Source: Malacoraja senta
Lineage: Eukaryota
Direction: 5' to 3'
DNA: 64,000 bases
Assembly (NCBI GenBank): GCA_038087875.1
Contig: CM075988.1
Span: 8,372,001 to 8,436,000, forward strand
Shown: positions 62,790 through 64,000 of the stretch, one piece after another
How positions within the stretch are numbered: the first letter of the stretch is position 1
How the letters are laid out: each line of letters starts with the position of its first letter
Position numbers and translations under genes: made by a program
The notes under the pieces: model-generated
What the model saw: the letters and a program-made list of their open reading frames with translations, nothing else
Told to the model about the DNA's origin: nothing
The model's database searches: none

Positions 62790-64000
62790 AATGTGTGAGC
62801 AGAGAGACAGAGGGGTGTAAAATGAGGGTAGAAGCAATAGGTAGCAAGGTGAAAAGTAAAAGTGGCAGGCAGACAAATCCAGGGTAAAAATCAAAAAGGG
62901 ACACTTTTCAACATAATTGTATAAGGGGTAAGAGCGTTGTAAAAACAAGCCTGAAGGCTTTGTGTCTTAATGCAAGGAGCATTCGTAATAAGGTAGATGA
63001 GTTGAATGTGCAGATAGCTATTAATGATTATGATATGGTTGGGATCACGGAGACATGGCTCGAGGGTGACCAAGGCTTGGAGCTGAACATCCAGGAATAT
63101 TCAATATTCAGGAGGGATAGACAGAAAGGAAAAGGAGGTGGGGTAGCGTTGCTGGTTAGAGAGGAGATTAACGCAATAGAAAGGAAGGACATTAGCTTGG
63201 AGGATGTGCAATCGATATGGGTAGAGCTGCAAAACACTAAGGGGCAGAAAACGTTAGTAGGTGTTGTGTACAGGCCTCCTAACAGTAGTAGTGGAGTTGG
63301 GGATGGCATCAAACAGGAAATTAGAAATGCGTGCAACAAAGGTAAAACAGTTATAATGGGTTACTTCAATCTACATATAGATTGGGTGAATCAAATTGGC
63401 AGGGGTGCTGAGGAAGAGGATTTCTTGGAATGTTTGCGGGATAGTTTTCTAAACCAACATGTAGAGGAACCAACGAGAGAGCAGGCTATTCTAGACTGGG
63501 TATTGAGTAATGAGGAAGGGTTAGTTAGCAGTCTTGTTGTGCGTGGCCCCTTGGGCAAGAGTGACCATAATATGGTTGAGTTCTTCATTAGGATGGAGAG
63601 TGACATTGTTAATTCAGAAACAAGGGTTCTGAACTTAAAGAAAGGTAACTTTGAGGGTAGGAGACGTGAATTGGCCAAGATTGACTGGCAATTGATTCTT
63701 AATGGGTTGACGGTTGATATACAATGGAAGGCATTTAAAGACTGCATGGATGAACTACAACAATTGTTCATCCCAGTTTGGTAAAAGAATAAATCAGGGA
63801 AGGTATTGCATCCGTGGATAACAAGGGAAATCAGGGATAGTATCAAAACAAAAGATGAAGCGTACAAATTAGCCAGAAAAAGCAGCCTACCAGAGGACTG
63901 GGAGAAATTCAGAGTCCAGCAGAGGAGGACAAAGGGCTTAATTAGGAAAGGGAAAATAGATTATGAAAGAAAACTGGCAGAGAACAAAAAAACTGACTGC
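62790..64000 (+). pseudogene. CR1 LINE ORF2 N-terminus (APE endonuclease), runs off window end
   Basis: LNARSIRNK, GITETWL, GGGVALLV, GVVYRPP, GYFN (canonical GDFN), LDWVL, LGKSDH; premature TAA at 63782-84 with the frame continuing afterwards. Confidence 0.95.

Overview
Eukaryotic, repeat-dense non-coding DNA. From its repeat families I infer a cartilaginous fish, most likely a skate or ray. I recognise no host protein-coding exon, rRNA, true tRNA or CRISPR array, so this looks like a large intron or gene desert. Contents: (1) about 30 tRNA-derived V-SINEs (HE1-like); (2) decayed LINE fragments of the CR1, L2, Rex1/Babar and RTE clades; (3) Deu-domain SINE relics; (4) four CpG-rich MITEs that share a 14-bp terminus (AGGGCCTGTCYCAC) and a 3-bp TTA/TAA target duplication, i.e. 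PIF/Harbinger-like; (5) micro- and minisatellites. The most striking system is about 40 short (80-240 bp) copies of a Penelope-like element (PLE) 3' end. The better-preserved copies carry a minimal hammerhead ribozyme motif (CTGAnGA-A-stem II-GAAA-CGTC/CGTT) with compensatory stem changes between copies. About 16 copies are fold-back palindromes joined at the ribozyme; in most of these one arm lacks a terminal ~30-35 nt tail. Many copies are flanked by 7-15 bp direct repeats. All coordinates and family calls were made by eye; boundaries of old repeats are approximate (tens of bp).
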